In this document: positions 1-11,258 of the stretch, one piece after another
Numbering within the stretch: position 1 is the stretch's first letter
Layout: each line of letters opens with the position of its first letter
NCBI GenBank assembly: GCA_965206595.1
Contig: OZ242214.1
Coordinates: 5,440,001 to 5,504,000 of the forward strand
Direction of reading: 5' to 3'
Source: Candidatus Latescibacterota bacterium
Lineage (GTDB): Bacteria; Latescibacterota; UBA2968; UBA8231
Length of the DNA stretch: 64,000 nt
Program-made: the position numbers and the translations under genes
The notes under the pieces: generated by a model
What the model was told of the DNA's origin: nothing
The model's input: the letters and a program-made list of their open reading frames with translations, nothing else
Databases searched by the model: none

Positions 1-424
1 GCAGCAGCGGGAAGTCGAAGACCTCGAAGAACGAGGGATCGACGAGGAGGAATTCCTCGTCCCGGGAGCTGCCCGCGAAGGTCGTGCGCACCACGCGGTC
101 GTCCCTGTCGCTCCCTCTGCCCGCGCTGAGACGCACCGTGCGCTCCACGTGTGGGGAGAGGGCCTCCAGTTCGGGCGCGAAAGCAAATTCAATCGCGTCG
201 GCTATGCGCGGCACTCCCTCCTCCGGATTCATTGACTCGACATAAACGCGAGAGATCCGGTCCGCTTTGCTGTGGAAGCGATCGTACGACCACTCCTGAG
301 AGGCAAAGCGCCAGGCGAGCAAGCAGAAAGCCATGCCCAGGCCCAGCCCGGCGAGGTTGACGGCGGTATGCAGTCGATGGCGCATCAGGTTGCGCCAGGC
401 GACGATCAGATTGTTGCGCAGCAT
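1..424 (-). CDS. MacB/FtsX-type ABC transporter permease, N-terminal part (runs off the window)
   Basis: Not in the ORF track. Manual translation from ATG at 424 gives MLRNNLIVAWRNLMRHRLHTAVNLAGLGLGMAFCLLAWRFASQEWSYDRFHSKADRISRV...LVDPSFFEVFDFPLL, matching the N-termini of the paralogues at 3970-6402 and 6539-8992. Confidence 0.9.
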   Translation of the reverse strand, partial: MLRNNLIVAWRNLMRHRLHTAVNLAGLGLGMAFCLLAWRFASQEWSYDRFHSKADRISRVYVESMNPEEGVPRIADAIEFAFAPELEALSPHVERTVRLSAGRGSDRDDRVVRTTFAGSSRDEEFLLVDPSFFEVFDFPLL

Positions 425-445
425 CCGGGCCGGGCCTGAAGAAGG

Positions 446-1966
446 TTACTCGGAACGAAGGGCATTCGCCGGATTGGCTTGCGCTGCTCTGAGCGTGTGA
501 TACGAGGCGGTGAGCCAGGCGGTCGCAAGCGCCACAAGACCACCGGCAACTAACAGCCCCACTCCCGGTTCAATGCGATAGGCAAAATCCTGCAGCCAGT
601 GGTCGGCGGCGAAGAAGACGACAGGCCAGGCGATCAGGTTGGCCAGCAGGATCAAGCGCGTGAACTCCTTCGACAGCAGAACGACCACGGACAGGCTGGT
701 CGCACCCAACACCTTGCGGATGCCTATCTCCTTGGTGCGCTGCTGCACAGTGAAAGCCGTCAGACCGAAGAGGCCCAGGCAGGCGAGGAACACGGCGAGC
801 CCGGAGAAGACGGCGAAGATGCGGCCCATGCGTTCCTCCGAGTCATACAGGGCGTCGAGCCGCTCGTCGACAAAGTGATAGTCGAAAGGGAAGGGGTCGT
901 TGTGTGATCGCAGGGTTTGGCGGATGAATTCAATCCCCTCCCGTGGATCCCCCGGGGCCAGGCGCAGTACCGAATAGGTAAGGCTGCTGCGGTTCACTGC
1001 GTTTTCCGGCATGGCGATCAACAGCGGCTCGATCGGTTGGTGCAGGGAACCGAAGTGGAAGTCGGCGACGACGCCGACGACCGTCGCCGCATCGGTATCA
1101 CCATGGCTTCCCAGTTGGATACCGACTGCGGACTCCTGACCGAGCAGGCGCGCCATCGTTTCGTTGACCAGGAAAGCGTGCCGAGGATCGTCGGCGTGCT
1201 CTCTCGAGAACGAACGGCCTTCGAGCACCCGCATGCCCATGGCATCGACGAAGTCGTAGTCCACCCAGAGCATCGTGACTTGCAGCGTCTCCGATACCGG
1301 CCCCGTCGTTTGGACGTCGGACTTGTTTACCACGTAGCCGGGTTCCTGTGAACAGCGTCCAACGGCAGTGACGAGTGGGCTCGCAAGGAGGTCTTGGCGG
1401 ACAGGCTCGAACTGCCGCCGGATGGGGTCGGACCGGGTGGTGAAGACGAGAAGGTGCTCCTTGTCGAAACCGAGGGATTTGGAGCGCAGGAAGTCGAGCT
1501 GTTGGCCGATGACGAGGGTCGCCGCCAGCAAGCCGATGGAAACGGTGAACTGGGTCACTACCAGGATGCTTCGCAGTCCGATCGACCGGCCGGACCGATC
1601 GATCATCCGCTTGAGTGCCTGAACCGGCGTAAAAGCCGACAGCTGAAGGGCGGGATAGAAGCCGGCGCAGAGCCCGGTAACGAGCGCCATTCCAGCCATC
1701 GCCAAAAGAATCTGCGGGTTCTCCGGCAGGTGCAGCGCAAGCTTCATTCCGGTCAGCTCGTTGAACCACGGCGTCACCACCTTCATAAGGATCAGCGCAA
1801 CGCCCAGCGAAACGAAGCTCAGAAGGATCGCCTCCCCGAGGAACTGACGGGTAAGCTGGCCGCGGTGCGCTCCGATCGCTTTGCGCACGCCAACCTCCAG
1901 CGCGCGCCCCGAGGACTGTGCTGTCGCGAGATTGGTAAAATTGATGATCGCCAGAAGCAAAAGGAA
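446..1966 (-). pseudogene. ABC permease, 5'-truncated by IS3 (C-terminal ~505 aa remain)
   Basis: Starts abruptly at FLLLLAIINFTNLATAQSSGRALEVGVRKAIGA, a motif near residue 300 in the intact paralogues. Ends [13 protein letters not shown]...ANPANALRSE. The first ~24 aa of the tracked ORF are IS sequence. Confidence 0.85.
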
Positions 1967-2023
1967 TGGAGTTGCCCCCGTTTGGTGGACATCCCCGATA
2001 TTTTGACACAAGGAGGATGTCTC

Positions 2024-2338
2024 ATGCCACAGTCTCATCGGTCGTATCCGCCTGAGTTCCGCCAGCAGATAGTCGAGCTGGTGAGAGCCGGGCGGGCCCC
2101 CGAGGAGTTGAGCCGGGAGTTCGAGCCCTCGTCCCAGACGATCCGCAACTGGGTGCGCCAGGCGGATCGGGACGAGGGGCGACGAGCCGACGGAGTCACC
2201 AGCGCCGAGCGGGACGAGTTGCGGCGCCTGCGCCGAGAGAACAAGCGCCTGCGCACGGAGCGGGAGATTCTGTCAAAAGCCGCCACCTGGTTCGCTCGGG
2301 AGGCCGATTCGAGATCGTCGAGGTCTTCGGATTCGTGA
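2024..2338 (+). CDS. IS3-family transposase OrfA (HTH)
   Basis: MPQSHRSYPPEFRQQIVELVRAGR...TIRNWVRQ...ELRRLRRENKRLRTEREILSKAATWF; RBS AGGAGG; A-AAA-G slippery site at ~2275. Confidence 0.92.
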   Translation: MPQSHRSYPPEFRQQIVELVRAGRAPEELSREFEPSSQTIRNWVRQADRDEGRRADGVTSAERDELRRLRRENKRLRTEREILSKAATWFAREADSRSSRSSDS

Positions 2339-3190
2339 GCGCTCACCAGGATGAGTATCCCATCGCCACCATGTGCCGCGTCCTGGGCGTCTCCTCCAGC
2401 GGGTACTATGCGTGGCGCCACCGTCAGCCCTCGGCGCGCTCCGTGTCCGATGCCCCGCTGGCGGCCCTCATCGCTCAGATCCACAGGTGGTCGCGAGGCA
2501 CTTACGGGGTGCCGCGTATGGTCCGCGAGTTGAGCGATCGCGGCCACCCCGTCAACCCCAAGCGCGTGGCTCGCCTGATGCGCGAGGCCGGCTTGCAGGG
2601 CGTCAGCCGCCGCAAGTCGACGCGCACCACCCGTCGCGACGGGTGGTGCGCCGGCGGCGCCCGACCTGGTCGACCGCGACTTCGCCGCATCCGGTCCGGA
2701 CGCGTTGTGGGTGGCGGATATCACCTACGTGCCGACGTGGTCTGGATTCCTGTATCTGGCCGTGGTCCTGGACGCCTGGAGCCGGCGCGTGGTGGGGTGG
2801 GCCATGGCTGGTCATCTGCGCACGGAGCTGGTCGTGCAGGCCTTGGACATGGCCCTCGGGCAGCGTCGTCCCGAGGGGGTGATTCATCACTCGGACCAGG
2901 GGGGCCAGTATTCGTCGCTGGCCTTCGGGCGTCGTTGCCGGGAGGCCGGGGTGCGGCCGTCGAGGGGCTCGGTGGGCGACTGCTTCGACAACGCCCTGTG
3001 CGAGAGCTTCTTCGCCACCCTTGAGTGTGAGCTGCTCGACCGTCGCTGCTTCCCGACCCATGCGGTGGCCCGCCGCGAGATTTTCGACTACATCGAGTCT
3101 TGGTACAACCGCCATCGCCGTCACTCGGCCCTCAATTACGAATCGCCGATGAACTTCGAGCGCGCCCATGTCCAGCAGCAGGTTGTCTGA
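2335..3190 (+). pseudogene. IS3-family transposase OrfB (DDE/rve), internally frameshifted near 2640-2655
   Basis: The N-part (YPIATMCRVLGVSSSGYYAW...TYGVPRM) is in one frame. APDLVDRDF...WVADITY, IHHSDQGGQY and CFDNALCESFF are in another. Confidence 0.88.
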
Positions 3191-3408
3191 TGCGGGACCT
3201 GTGCGCCATGAAGCGGGCCCTCCCGGGCCCTCCCGGGGCCAGCCGGTGCTCTCCCGCCCACCCGGGCTCTCGCACCGGGCCTGGGCGCCCGACCGGTGCC
3301 CCGTGCTCCACCCGGGCCCCTGGGCTGGGGTACTCCCACTCTACAACGGCCCCATTCGGCCCTACCTGCCGAAAGCACTTAACCGTCCACCGTACGGGGG
3401 TAGCTCCA

Positions 3409-3959
3409 ATAACCTCGTCCCCCCGTTTGGAGTTGAGGTTGCCCGTGGGCTCGTCTGCGAGGATCAGCGCCGGCCGGCCGATCAGGGCGCGGGCGACGCC
3501 GACGCGCTGCTGCTCGCCGCCGGAGAGCTGGTGCGGGAACAGGTCCTTCTTGGCCACCATCCGGAAGCGGTCGAGCAGCTCGCTCACCCGCGCCCTGCGC
3601 TCGGACCTCTTCACCTGCTGGTAGAGCAGCGGCATCTCCAGGTTTTCGTACACCGTCTGCTCGTCGATCAGGTGATAGGCCTGAAAGACGAAGCCGATGT
3701 GCCGCCGGTGCACCTCGGTGCGCTCCTTCTCGCTCAGCCCGGCCACCTGTTTGCCGAGAAACCGGTACTCGCCGGCAGTCGGCTCGTCGAGCATGCCCAT
3801 GATGTGCAGCAGCGTCGACTTGCCGGCGCCGCTCGGCCCCATGATCGACAGGAATTCCCCCTTATCGACATCGAGGTTCACGTGGCGCAGCACGTAGGTC
3901 TTGAGGGAGCCGGACCGGTGGTACTTCTCGATGTCGCGCATCTCGATCACGGCGTTCAC
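3409..3959 (-). pseudogene. ABC transporter ATP-binding protein (LolD/MacB-like), 3'-truncated by IS3
   Basis: Walker [29 protein letters not shown]. Homology stops at ...RGDEVI at the IS end, and the VTH switch region is lost. Confidence 0.88.
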
Positions 3960-3969
3960 CTCGTCGCGG

Positions 3970-6402
3970 TTACTGCGTGTGCAGGGTCTCTACGGGGTTG
4001 GTCAGGGCAGCTCGCATCGCCTGGTGGCCCACCGTCAGCCCGGCGATGACGAAAGACAGAGCGCCCGACACCAGGAACAGGCCCACGCCGATTTCCACGC
4101 GATAGGCGAACTCCTGCAGCCAGTGGTCGGCCAACCCGTAAGCGATTGGCACACTGAGGAGGAAGGCGATGGCAACGGGTTTGGCGAAGTCGCCCATCAG
4201 CATGGCAGTGATGCCGCCTGGTGAGCCACCGAACACCTTGCGGATGCCGATTTCTTTGGTGCGCGCTTGAGCGGCGTGGGCTGCCAGTCCGAAGAGCCCT
4301 ACCGAGGCTACGGCGATGGCCGAAAAAAGAAGGAGGGTGAGTGTGCGTCCCACCTTCTGTTCGTCGGAGTGGAGTTTGGCGACGACCTCTTCCAGGGAAT
4401 GGCGCTGGATGGGGAGGTAGGGAGCGGCGGCGGACCACTTGTCGTCAATCACTTTGAGGGCTTCTTCGAGGTGACCGGATTGCACCCGCACGATAATGAC
4501 TCCCACCCTTTCATCGAGTTGTGCTATGACCAGGGGTTCAACCTTGTAGCGCGGACCCTGGAAGTGGAAATCCTCGATCACCCCCACGACGCGCCTCTCC
4601 AGGCCGTGGACATGGCCATCGGGGCCGGGAAGGAAGCCGCCGGGACGGAGGAAGCCGCCGGGGATCGTCTTTCCCAGGGGTTCTTCCAATTCCAGCCAGC
4701 GCACGGCGGTCTCATTTATCACGACCGCTCTGGCGTCGGCCGGTTCGTCGGTCAGGGGGCGTCCCTGGACCATTCGCAATCCCATGATTTCAACGAAGTC
4801 GCCATCTGCTTGATACTCGCTTGTCGATTTTTCCCCCTCCTCTCTGCTGTAGGTGATGTACCTCCATCCCGAACCCTGACCAGGGACTGCCACAGAGAGA
4901 CTCACCGCGGCGATACGGCTGTCTTGAAGCAACTCAGCTTTGAGAGTTCGAGCCTGGTCTGCGGTAAGGCCGCCGTTCCGGCCGTTGTAGACGATGACAA
5001 CCTGTTCCGGCTCCAACCCCAGGACGGAGTTTTCCCGAAGCATGTTCTGGATGAAACTGATCTGGTGCCATATCAGCAGGGTCATCGTCATCAACGCCGC
5101 AGTAACGGTGAACTGCGCCACTACCAGACCCCGGCGCAGGCGCGCCCCGCCGATGCGCCCCCCGCGCTCCAGGACCGCCGGCTGAAAGCGTGCCACGACC
5201 CATGCCGGGTAGGCGCCCGCGGCCAGTCCGACCGCTACCGCCAGAAGCGCAGCCCCGGCGCAGGTCGAAATTGTCCACCGGGGTGACCATTCAAAATCGA
5301 TTCCTCCAATCGCAGGCAGGAACGGAGTCACTATTTCTGCCATGGCAACGCCAAGCAACGTGGCTCCGACGCTCAGCAGTACCGACTCGCCCAGGAGTTG
5401 GCGAATAAGCTGGCCGCGATGGGCGCCGAGGGCCTTGCGCACGCCTATTTCGTGCATCCGTCCCTGCGCACGCGCCGTCGCCAGGTTCACGTAGTTGAAC
5501 CCGGCGATCGTCAGGAGCACCATTGCCAGGGTGGCGAACAGAGCGAGGTGCATGGGGTTGCCACTCGGGCCGATGCCGTTGGGAAATTCCGTGTCGAAGT
5601 AGATCGATTTCAAAGGTTGCAGCGCGTAGGAATCGGTAGCTTCGGGCAACCCCCTAGCTTCCTGAACGATATCTGAAATCCGCTCGGCTACCGTAGCGGC
5701 ATCTGCATTGGGATTCAGCTGCACGAAGGTCTCGTAGGCATGAGTCTTCCAGCCCAAATCCTCTTCCCTTTGCGTGTGCTGCACAGTGGCCAAGGAGAGT
5801 AGGGCCGAGAACTGCAGCAATGAGTTGGAGGGCAGTTGGCCGACGACGCCGGTAACCGTGCAATCGATGGCTTCGTTGTAGCGGACGACCTGGCCAATGG
5901 GATCGCTCTCTCCAAAGAGCCGACGGGCCAATGGTTCGGTCAGCACCATGGTGTAGGGGCGCGACAAAGCGGTCTTGGGGTCGCCACGCAGGAGAGACAA
6001 GCTGAACATTTCGAAAACACTGGATTCCGTCCGACGAATCCCGCTCACACGAATCCCATTCTTGTCTCCGGCTCTGAGAAGAGGCGGCGCCTCCCCGGCG
6101 ATGCGGACTGTTTCCTCGACTTCGGGCATTCGCTCCTTCAGGGTCGGCCCAAGAGGTAGCGGCAGAGTTGGCGAGCGCAATCCCAAATCAGCCGGCCAAT
6201 CGCGCGGGTCCTGTTTCTCGATGACGCGGAAAACCCTGTTCTTTTCCTCGTGGAAGTCGCCGACGGAGAGCTGGTAGGCGGCCAACTGGATGACCAGCAG
6301 GCAGAGGGCCAGGCCGACGGCCAGTCCGAAGAGGTTGATCGCCGCGTATCCGCGCTCTCGCCACAGGTGGCGCAATGCCGTGATCAGGTAGTTGCCCAGC
6401 AT
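3970..6402 (-). CDS. MacB/FtsX-type ABC permease (two periplasmic domains, 810 aa)
   Basis: [56 protein letters not shown]. Confidence 0.93.
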   Translation of the reverse strand: MLGNYLITALRHLWRERGYAAINLFGLAVGLALCLLVIQLAAYQLSVGDFHEEKNRVFRVIEKQDPRDWPADLGLRSPTLPLPLGPTLKERMPEVEETVRIAGEAPPLLRAGDKNGIRVSGIRRTESSVFEMFSLSLLRGDPKTALSRPYTMVLTEPLARRLFGESDPIGQVVRYNEAIDCTVTGVVGQLPSNSLLQFSALLSLATVQHTQREEDLGWKTHAYETFVQLNPNADAATVAERISDIVQEARGLPEATDSYALQPLKSIYFDTEFPNGIGPSGNPMHLALFATLAMVLLTIAGFNYVNLATARAQGRMHEIGVRKALGAHRGQLIRQLLGESVLLSVGATLLGVAMAEIVTPFLPAIGGIDFEWSPRWTISTCAGAALLAVAVGLAAGAYPAWVVARFQPAVLERGGRIGGARLRRGLVVAQFTVTAALMTMTLLIWHQISFIQNMLRENSVLGLEPEQVVIVYNGRNGGLTADQARTLKAELLQDSRIAAVSLSVAVPGQGSGWRYITYSREEGEKSTSEYQADGDFVEIMGLRMVQGRPLTDEPADARAVVINETAVRWLELEEPLGKTIPGGFLRPGGFLPGPDGHVHGLERRVVGVIEDFHFQGPRYKVEPLVIAQLDERVGVIIVRVQSGHLEEALKVIDDKWSAAAPYLPIQRHSLEEVVAKLHSDEQKVGRTLTLLLFSAIAVASVGLFGLAAHAAQARTKEIGIRKVFGGSPGGITAMLMGDFAKPVAIAFLLSVPIAYGLADHWLQEFAYRVEIGVGLFLVSGALSFVIAGLTVGHQAMRAALTNPVETLHTQ

Positions 6403-6538
6403 GAGGGCTCCTTTCGTCGCGGTCCCTTCATCCTGCGTCGGGGCTTGGGCTTTGCGCGGCGGTTCCCTTCCGGAAGGGGGCCCTGTCCAGGTTTCCGTTC
6501 CAGCACCTTCGAGAAATACCCGGCCACGAGCCTGACCA

Positions 6539-8992
6539 CTACTCGTATCTCAGCGCATCCGCCGGGTTGGTCCGCGCCGCCAGCCAGGTCTGTCCGCTGA
6601 CTGTGGCCAGGGCGACGGCGAGGACGCCGGCGCCGGCCAGCGCGAACCATTCCGGGCTTTGGTCGATGCGGTAGGCGTAGAAGGCGAGCCAGCGGTCGAG
6701 GACGAAAAAGGCGACGGGCCAGGCGATGGCGTTGGCGGCCACCACGAGCCACCCGAACTCGTGCGACATCAGCAGCAGGACGCTGCCGGTGGTAGCCCCG
6801 AGGACCTTGCGGATGCCGATTTCCCGGGTGCGCCGGGCCGCGGCGAGGGCGGCCAAGCCGACGAGCCCCATGCAGGAGATGACGAGGGCGATCGCGCTCA
6901 TCCACCCCATGACAAGACCGACGCGCCGCTCGGTTTCGTATTTCGCTGCGAAGGCGTCGTCGAGGAAGCGCACTTCCCGTAATTCGTGCTCCGGCAACAC
7001 CCGCTTCCACAACGTCCTCACCTCCTCGACCGCAGCAGGAATGTCGCGGTGGTCGAGGCGGAACAGGGTGGTGAGGAAACTGTCTTTTCCATGCCACCAT
7101 GGCACGGTCGTCGTCAGGAAGGCCGGCCCCACGGTATGGCGCATGTCCTCGTAGTGAAAATCTTCGACAATACCGATCACCTGCACATCGCCGAGCTCAC
7201 CATCTCCCAGCATTATTTTTTGGTCCAAAAAAAACGGGGGAACGGTCAGGGTGCGGCCGATCAGGTCTTCTGGTCCCAATAGGCGGGCGGCGGTCTCGTT
7301 GACCAGGATACCGCGAGGCTGACCAGGATCTTCGCTCGGCCCGAAACCTCGACCGGAGAGGATCTCGATTCCCATTACGCGCAGGAAGTCCGGACTTACA
7401 TGAAATGGTGTGGCATGGAACGTGTCGTTTCCGAGCTGAATTGCTTGGGGGCCTATTCCTTTGGCAACGAGTGCCGGCGAGACGCCCGCGACTCCCTCGA
7501 CCAGTCCCGGCCGGGAATCGATCTCGCTGGCGAGACGTTCGATCTGCAATGTGCTGGGAACTCCTTTGAAGTAAGCCGTCACTATCTGGTCGCCGTCGAA
7601 CCCAAGATCCTTGGTGCGCATGAAGTCGAGCTGCCGCTCCATGGTGATGGTCACGACGACGAGGAAGGTCGACAAACCGAACTGCAGGAGGATCAAACCG
7701 CGGCCAAGGTGTCCGCGGCCGAGTTGTGGGGCTTTTCTGGAAAGGGCCCGGACCGGGTGGAGCCGGGCGATGACCTGGGCCGGATACAGGCCCGAGAGAA
7801 CGCCGACCAACAAGGCCAGGGTCAGGGCGCCTATGCCGGTTTCGACCGACAACCACTCGAGATCGAGCTGTCGATGCACGACCTCGTTGAACGCCGGCAG
7901 CAGTAATTCGGCTAGGGCCATGCCCCCGGCGACGGCGATCAGGCTGACGACGATGGCCTCGGCGAGGAACTGAATGGAGAGCTGGGGGCGGGTGGCGCCG
8001 ATCGCCTTGCGGAGTCCGACCTCGAGGGTGCGCGTCATGGCGCGGCCCAGGGCGAGATTGACGAAGTTGATGGCGGCGATCAGCAGTACGACCGCGGCCA
8101 GCCCCACCAGCAGGTAGCAGTGCTCGATCTTGCCTTCCCCGATGCGGACGGGGTCCCATAATATCGGGGGTCCGAAATAAGCCCCCTGTAGGTCCATCAG
8201 CTCGAGTTCGGGCTTAGAAAATTGTGTGGAAGCAAGGGGCGCGAGCCGCGCTTCCATCTCGGCCGGGTCCACGCCTTCTTCGAGTTCGATAAAGAGCCCG
8301 GGTATTCCATGCAATCCCAGCTCTTCGGTCGTTACAATGGGCACCAGTACATCCAAGCGATGCAGTATGGTAGGCCCCGACAGGGGGGCCAGTACCCCCG
8401 AAATGGTGAGGTCCAGGTCGATAGGGGGAGGGGACGTTGGAAAGCCCCCGCGGACGACGTGCAGCCGGATGTGCTCCCCAAGCATGGCGTGGGCGGGAGC
8501 ATCGGGACCGAAGTACTTCTGCGCCGTCTCCTGGCCGAGGACGACACTACGGGGATCGTCGAGAGCGGTAGCCGAGTCACCGGCGGCCAGCGGGAGGGTG
8601 AAGAGGGTGAGGAAGGCCGGATCTACAGCGAGAAAGGACTCCTCGAAGGATATCTCGCCGTACGAAACCGTTCCCTCTCCCGTCTTCAGGTAGACCGATT
8701 CGCGAATACCAGCGACCGTAGTGCGCACCGCCTCGCGAAACTTAGGAGTTACCTGGGCGAGGCTGATTGCGAAGCGGCCAAAATCAGCCGCACGGTCCGG
8801 ATCTTCTAAATGGATGTAGAAGATCCGGTCCCCCTTTTCGTGCCATGAGTCGTAGGAGGTCTCGTGCCGCACGAACAGCAGACACAGCACCACCACCGCC
8901 AGGGCCGCGGACAGTCCCACCACATTTATCAGCGAGATCGTCCTGTTGCGTCCCAGCACGCGCAGGGCAATGATCAGGTTGCTCTTCCACAT
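6539..8992 (-). CDS. MacB/FtsX-type ABC permease (817 aa)
   Basis: INVVGLS, INFVNLALGRA..R.LEVGLRKAIGA, RTREIGIRKVLGA, NPADALRYE. Confidence 0.93.
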   Translation of the reverse strand: MWKSNLIIALRVLGRNRTISLINVVGLSAALAVVVLCLLFVRHETSYDSWHEKGDRIFYIHLEDPDRAADFGRFAISLAQVTPKFREAVRTTVAGIRESVYLKTGEGTVSYGEISFEESFLAVDPAFLTLFTLPLAAGDSATALDDPRSVVLGQETAQKYFGPDAPAHAMLGEHIRLHVVRGGFPTSPPPIDLDLTISGVLAPLSGPTILHRLDVLVPIVTTEELGLHGIPGLFIELEEGVDPAEMEARLAPLASTQFSKPELELMDLQGAYFGPPILWDPVRIGEGKIEHCYLLVGLAAVVLLIAAINFVNLALGRAMTRTLEVGLRKAIGATRPQLSIQFLAEAIVVSLIAVAGGMALAELLLPAFNEVVHRQLDLEWLSVETGIGALTLALLVGVLSGLYPAQVIARLHPVRALSRKAPQLGRGHLGRGLILLQFGLSTFLVVVTITMERQLDFMRTKDLGFDGDQIVTAYFKGVPSTLQIERLASEIDSRPGLVEGVAGVSPALVAKGIGPQAIQLGNDTFHATPFHVSPDFLRVMGIEILSGRGFGPSEDPGQPRGILVNETAARLLGPEDLIGRTLTVPPFFLDQKIMLGDGELGDVQVIGIVEDFHYEDMRHTVGPAFLTTTVPWWHGKDSFLTTLFRLDHRDIPAAVEEVRTLWKRVLPEHELREVRFLDDAFAAKYETERRVGLVMGWMSAIALVISCMGLVGLAALAAARRTREIGIRKVLGATTGSVLLLMSHEFGWLVVAANAIAWPVAFFVLDRWLAFYAYRIDQSPEWFALAGAGVLAVALATVSGQTWLAARTNPADALRYE

Positions 8993-9027
8993 GGTCTCGT
9001 TCCTTGCAGTTCTCCCGGTAGCCCCCT

Positions 9028-9753
9028 TCAGCGCTCCCTGGCGATGTTCTCGGTCACGACCCTGCCGTCGAACAGGTGGATGACCCGGTGGGCGAAGTCG
9101 GCGTAGGCCGGCGAGTGCGTCACCATCACCACCGTGGTGCCGCTCCGGTTCATCTCGGTCAGCATCTCCATGACCTCGTCCCCGTGGCGCGAGTCGAGGT
9201 TGCCCGTCGGCTCGTCGGCGAGCACCAGCTTCGGCTCGGAGACCAGGGCCCTCGCCACCGCCACGCGCTGCTGCTGGCCGCCGGACAACTGCTGCGGAAA
9301 GTGCTTGCCGCGGTGGGTGATCTGCATCTGGTCGAGGATGGACGTCACCCGTTCCCTGCGCTCCCGGCCCGGCAGGCCCATGTAGAGCAGGGGCAGCTCG
9401 ACGTTCTCGTGGACGGTCAGCTCGTTGATCAGGTTGTAGGACTGGAAGACGAAGCCGATCGTCCCCTTGCGCAGGTTCGCCCGCAGGCGCTCGGAGTAGG
9501 TGGATACTTCTTCCTCCAGCAGCCAGTATTCCCCCCCGGTCGGGTTGTCGAGCAGGCCGAGCAGGTTGAGCAGCGTCGACTTGCCGCAGCCGGACGGCCC
9601 CATGATGGCGGCGAACTCCCCGTCGGCGATCTCGAGGTTGACGTTGTCGAGGGCGGTCGTCTCCACCTCCTCGGTGGTGTAGACCTTGCGCAGCCCCACG
9701 GTGCGGATCAGCGCCGTATTGCCGTTTCCGGTGTGCGCCGCGTTCTCGGTCAT
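9028..9753 (-). CDS. ABC transporter ATP-binding protein (LolD/MacB-like)
   Basis: [40 protein letters not shown]. Confidence 0.95.
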   Translation of the reverse strand: MTENAAHTGNGNTALIRTVGLRKVYTTEEVETTALDNVNLEIADGEFAAIMGPSGCGKSTLLNLLGLLDNPTGGEYWLLEEEVSTYSERLRANLRKGTIGFVFQSYNLINELTVHENVELPLLYMGLPGRERRERVTSILDQMQITHRGKHFPQQLSGGQQQRVAVARALVSEPKLVLADEPTGNLDSRHGDEVMEMLTEMNRSGTTVVMVTHSPAYADFAHRVIHLFDGRVVTENIARER

Positions 9754-9779
9754 CTTTCCTCTCCTTGTTCAGGGTGTGC

Positions 9780-11132
9780 TCACCGCAACACCAGCACGTC
9801 CATGTTTTGGCCGAAGCTCTCGTAGCTCGAGGTGATCACCTGCTCCCCCGGTTCGAGTCCCTCCAGCACCTCGTAGACTCGGGGGTTCTGGCGCCCGAGG
9901 GAGATGGGGTGCCTCGTCGCCTGATCGCCGGAGGCGTCGAGCACGTAGGCCCAGTGACCCCCGGTCGACTGGTAGAATCCGCCGCGCGCCACCTGCACTG
10001 CCTCCTCGAGGTTGCCCAGCTCCAGGCGGATGTGCAGGCTCTGGCCGCGCCGGATGCCCTCGGGCGCTTCCCCCTCGAAGACCAGATCCACCTCGAAACG
10101 GCCCTCCCTGACCTCCGGGTATACCTTGCGGATCACCAGGCCGTACGGCTCGCCGCCGCTGTCGAAGCTGCCCCGCTGACCCCGGCCGACGCGGCCGATG
10201 TAATGCTCGTCTATGGCGGCGCGCACCTTGAAGCCGCCGGTCATGTCGATCTGTCCCAGGCGCACCCCGGCCCCCTTGCTCTCTCCAACCTCCGCCTTGA
10301 GCGTGGTCAACTGCCCGGCCACCGGGGCTCGCACCGTCAGGTTGTCCAGCCGCCGCCGGACGATTTCGAGGTTGCGCCCGGTGCGCTCCACCGCCGAGAC
10401 CAGCTGCGCCACCTTGCTCGCCGCCAGCAACGAGTCCTGGGTCAGGGTCTCCCGGGTCAGGGCCATGCGGCGGGCGCTGTACTCGTACTCGTCGCGCAGC
10501 CGCTCGTACTCCTGGCGCGACATGATGGCGGCCAGGTCCTCCGCGGGCAGGTCTTGGTAGCGCTCGAAGTTGCGCTTGTCCACCGCGAGCCGGTACTCGA
10601 TCTCCATCAGCCCCTTCCGCGAGGCCAGCAGGTTCTGCTCCATGGTCAGCCGGCCGTTGAGCAGCGCCTCCCTGCTGCGCTCCAGCCCGGCCTCCTGCTG
10701 CAGGATGGTCAGCTCGAGGTCGGGATTGGCGAGGCGCAGCAGCGGGTCGCCCTCCGCCACCAGGGCCCCTTCTTCGGCGAACACCTGCACCACCTGGCCG
10801 CTCTCCAGGGCATCGAGGTACACGGTGTTCAGCGGCAGCACGGTACCGCGCACCGGGATGTACTCCAAGAACGGGGCGAGCTCGACCGCCGACAGGGTCA
10901 GCCTTTCGCGCTGGACGTTCAGCCTGCGCACCCCGAAATCGGCGAGCAGGGCGTATGCACACAGCCCTGCCAGCAGCAGAACAGCAGCGCCCAGGGCGAT
11001 GCGCCGCGGCGTGAAGCGCCGCTTCTCGATTCTGCGGTCCATGCCGAGGCCGCCGCCGGGACGGGTGATGCCGGGCTCGGATTCGAAGGGCTCGGCGCGC
11101 TCTTTGGGGAAGATCCGGATATTCGCAGGCAT
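9780..11132 (-). CDS. Efflux periplasmic adaptor subunit (MacA/HlyD-like); alternative start at 11042
   Basis: N-terminal TM after MDRRIEKRRF, lipoyl-like ESGQVVQVFAEEGALVAEGDPLLRL, long coiled coil, VRAPVAGQL, VLEGLEPGEQVI. Confidence 0.9.
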   Translation of the reverse strand: MPANIRIFPKERAEPFESEPGITRPGGGLGMDRRIEKRRFTPRRIALGAAVLLLAGLCAYALLADFGVRRLNVQRERLTLSAVELAPFLEYIPVRGTVLPLNTVYLDALESGQVVQVFAEEGALVAEGDPLLRLANPDLELTILQQEAGLERSREALLNGRLTMEQNLLASRKGLMEIEYRLAVDKRNFERYQDLPAEDLAAIMSRQEYERLRDEYEYSARRMALTRETLTQDSLLAASKVAQLVSAVERTGRNLEIVRRRLDNLTVRAPVAGQLTTLKAEVGESKGAGVRLGQIDMTGGFKVRAAIDEHYIGRVGRGQRGSFDSGGEPYGLVIRKVYPEVREGRFEVDLVFEGEAPEGIRRGQSLHIRLELGNLEEAVQVARGGFYQSTGGHWAYVLDASGDQATRHPISLGRQNPRVYEVLEGLEPGEQVITSSYESFGQNMDVLVLR

Positions 11133-11175
11133 GATATTTTCAGCTTTATCTTGACGCAGTCCTTAATGCCGCCAA

Positions 11176-11191
11176 AGCAAGATGCGTGCTA
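11176..11191 (-). promoter_or_regulatory. Putative sigma54 (-24/-12) promoter for the exporter operon
   Basis: Minus strand TAGCAC-GCATC-TTGCT versus consensus TGGCAC-N5-TTGCW (one mismatch, at the first G); a sigma54 activator gene is adjacent. Confidence 0.5.
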
Positions 11192-11258
11192 TGTCACCTA
11201 ACTCTTTGGAAAACAACGGGATGAAAAAAACAGCCCTGGTGACGGGCGGGCCGCGGCC

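Larger units (their letters stand above)
1967..3408 (+). mobile_element. IS3-family insertion sequence, 1442 bp
   Basis: IRL TGGAGTTGCCCCCGTTTGGTGGAC (from 1967) and IRR reverse complement TGGAGCTACCCCCGTACGGTGGAC (ending 3408), 20/24 identical, TG...CA ends; encloses orfA and orfB. Confidence 0.95.

Noticed and set aside
3132-3408. Novel C-terminal domain on the ABC ATPase
   Set aside because: It is read-through into the IS3 right end
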